From Isochrysis galbana (taxonomy: Eukaryota): DNA of 32,000 bases. Positions 31,561 to 32,000 of this stretch are shown in pieces. The translations under genes were made by a program, and so were the position numbers. The DNA is taken from positions 5,791,515 to 5,823,514 of the forward strand of contig CM030931.1 in assembly GCA_018136815.1 (NCBI GenBank). Direction: 5' to 3'. The notes beneath the pieces were generated by a model. It searched no databases. It was given only the letters and a program-made list of their open reading frames with translations, and was not told the DNA's origin. Positions within the stretch are counted from its first letter, which is position 1; each line of letters starts with the position of its first letter.

Positions 31561-32000
31561 GCACGCCCGTAAGAGAACGAAGAGAACCGCGAGAAAAGAA
31601 CGACAAAAAAACGACACGATCGGACCCAAGAAAAGGTAAGACTCACGCCTGTTTACGGTATGTTTACAGGCCGACACCCCGAGCGACACACGAAGGCCGC
31701 GAAAGCGCGGCGGTACTTAAAAAACACGCGAGAAGAGGGGGCCGAGACCCCCCAGGGGCACGAAGTGTCACATGCAACAGGCGTTTATGTTGGTTTTGCC
31801 ACAGGAACACCACACCAGCAGGCCTGCCCCAGCCCACCCCCTGCACTTGGCCCGTTGCCCGTTGTAGTGCACGCGCCCCCCCCCCCCCCCCGATACCAAA
31901 GACAAAGGAATGAAGGGGGTGGTGTAAGGGAGTGAGTAAACTGGGGTATAGGCGATGTCGTAAGTGAGTACCGTGAGTACGTAGACCCGTATAGCTAGCG

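Noticed and set aside
31600-32000. Right boundary of the second GC-rich element and its target-site duplication
   Set aside because: No repeat of the pre-31162 sequence (TTCCTTCTAGCCTC) was found before the window end, so no boundary or duplication is claimed.

Overview
GC-rich, intron-bearing eukaryotic sequence. It looks like a microalgal or protist nuclear genome (inference). No rRNA, tRNA or CRISPR array was recognised. Main contents: (1) A DDE/pogo-like transposase gene on the minus strand (3373..99). It can be reconstructed as two exons and is split by a ~934-bp GC-rich insertion flanked by perfect 16-bp direct repeats. A diverged relative of the insertion lies at ~31.16-31.56 kb, with two stem-loops kept at matching positions. 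(2) A possible polytopic membrane protein at ~5.3-7 kb (+). (3) A small secreted or ER thioredoxin-fold-like protein (8946..8458 -). (4) A multi-exon SMP-domain (E-Syt/plant synaptotagmin-like) protein at ~14.6-11 kb (-). (5) A multi-exon delta-9-type fatty acid/acyl-CoA desaturase-like gene at ~19.3-18.2 kb (-). (6) A long hAT-family transposase ORF (23315..21228 -). (7) The most striking locus, 23894..30287 (+). Two GT-AG introns join three ORFs into one predicted ~2015-aa protein with the order acidic tract, Myb/SANT, split RRM, long RS/RGRSPP repeat, KH, UPF1-like SF1 helicase. All splice models come from reading-frame continuity and splice consensus only and have not been tested against RNA or databases.
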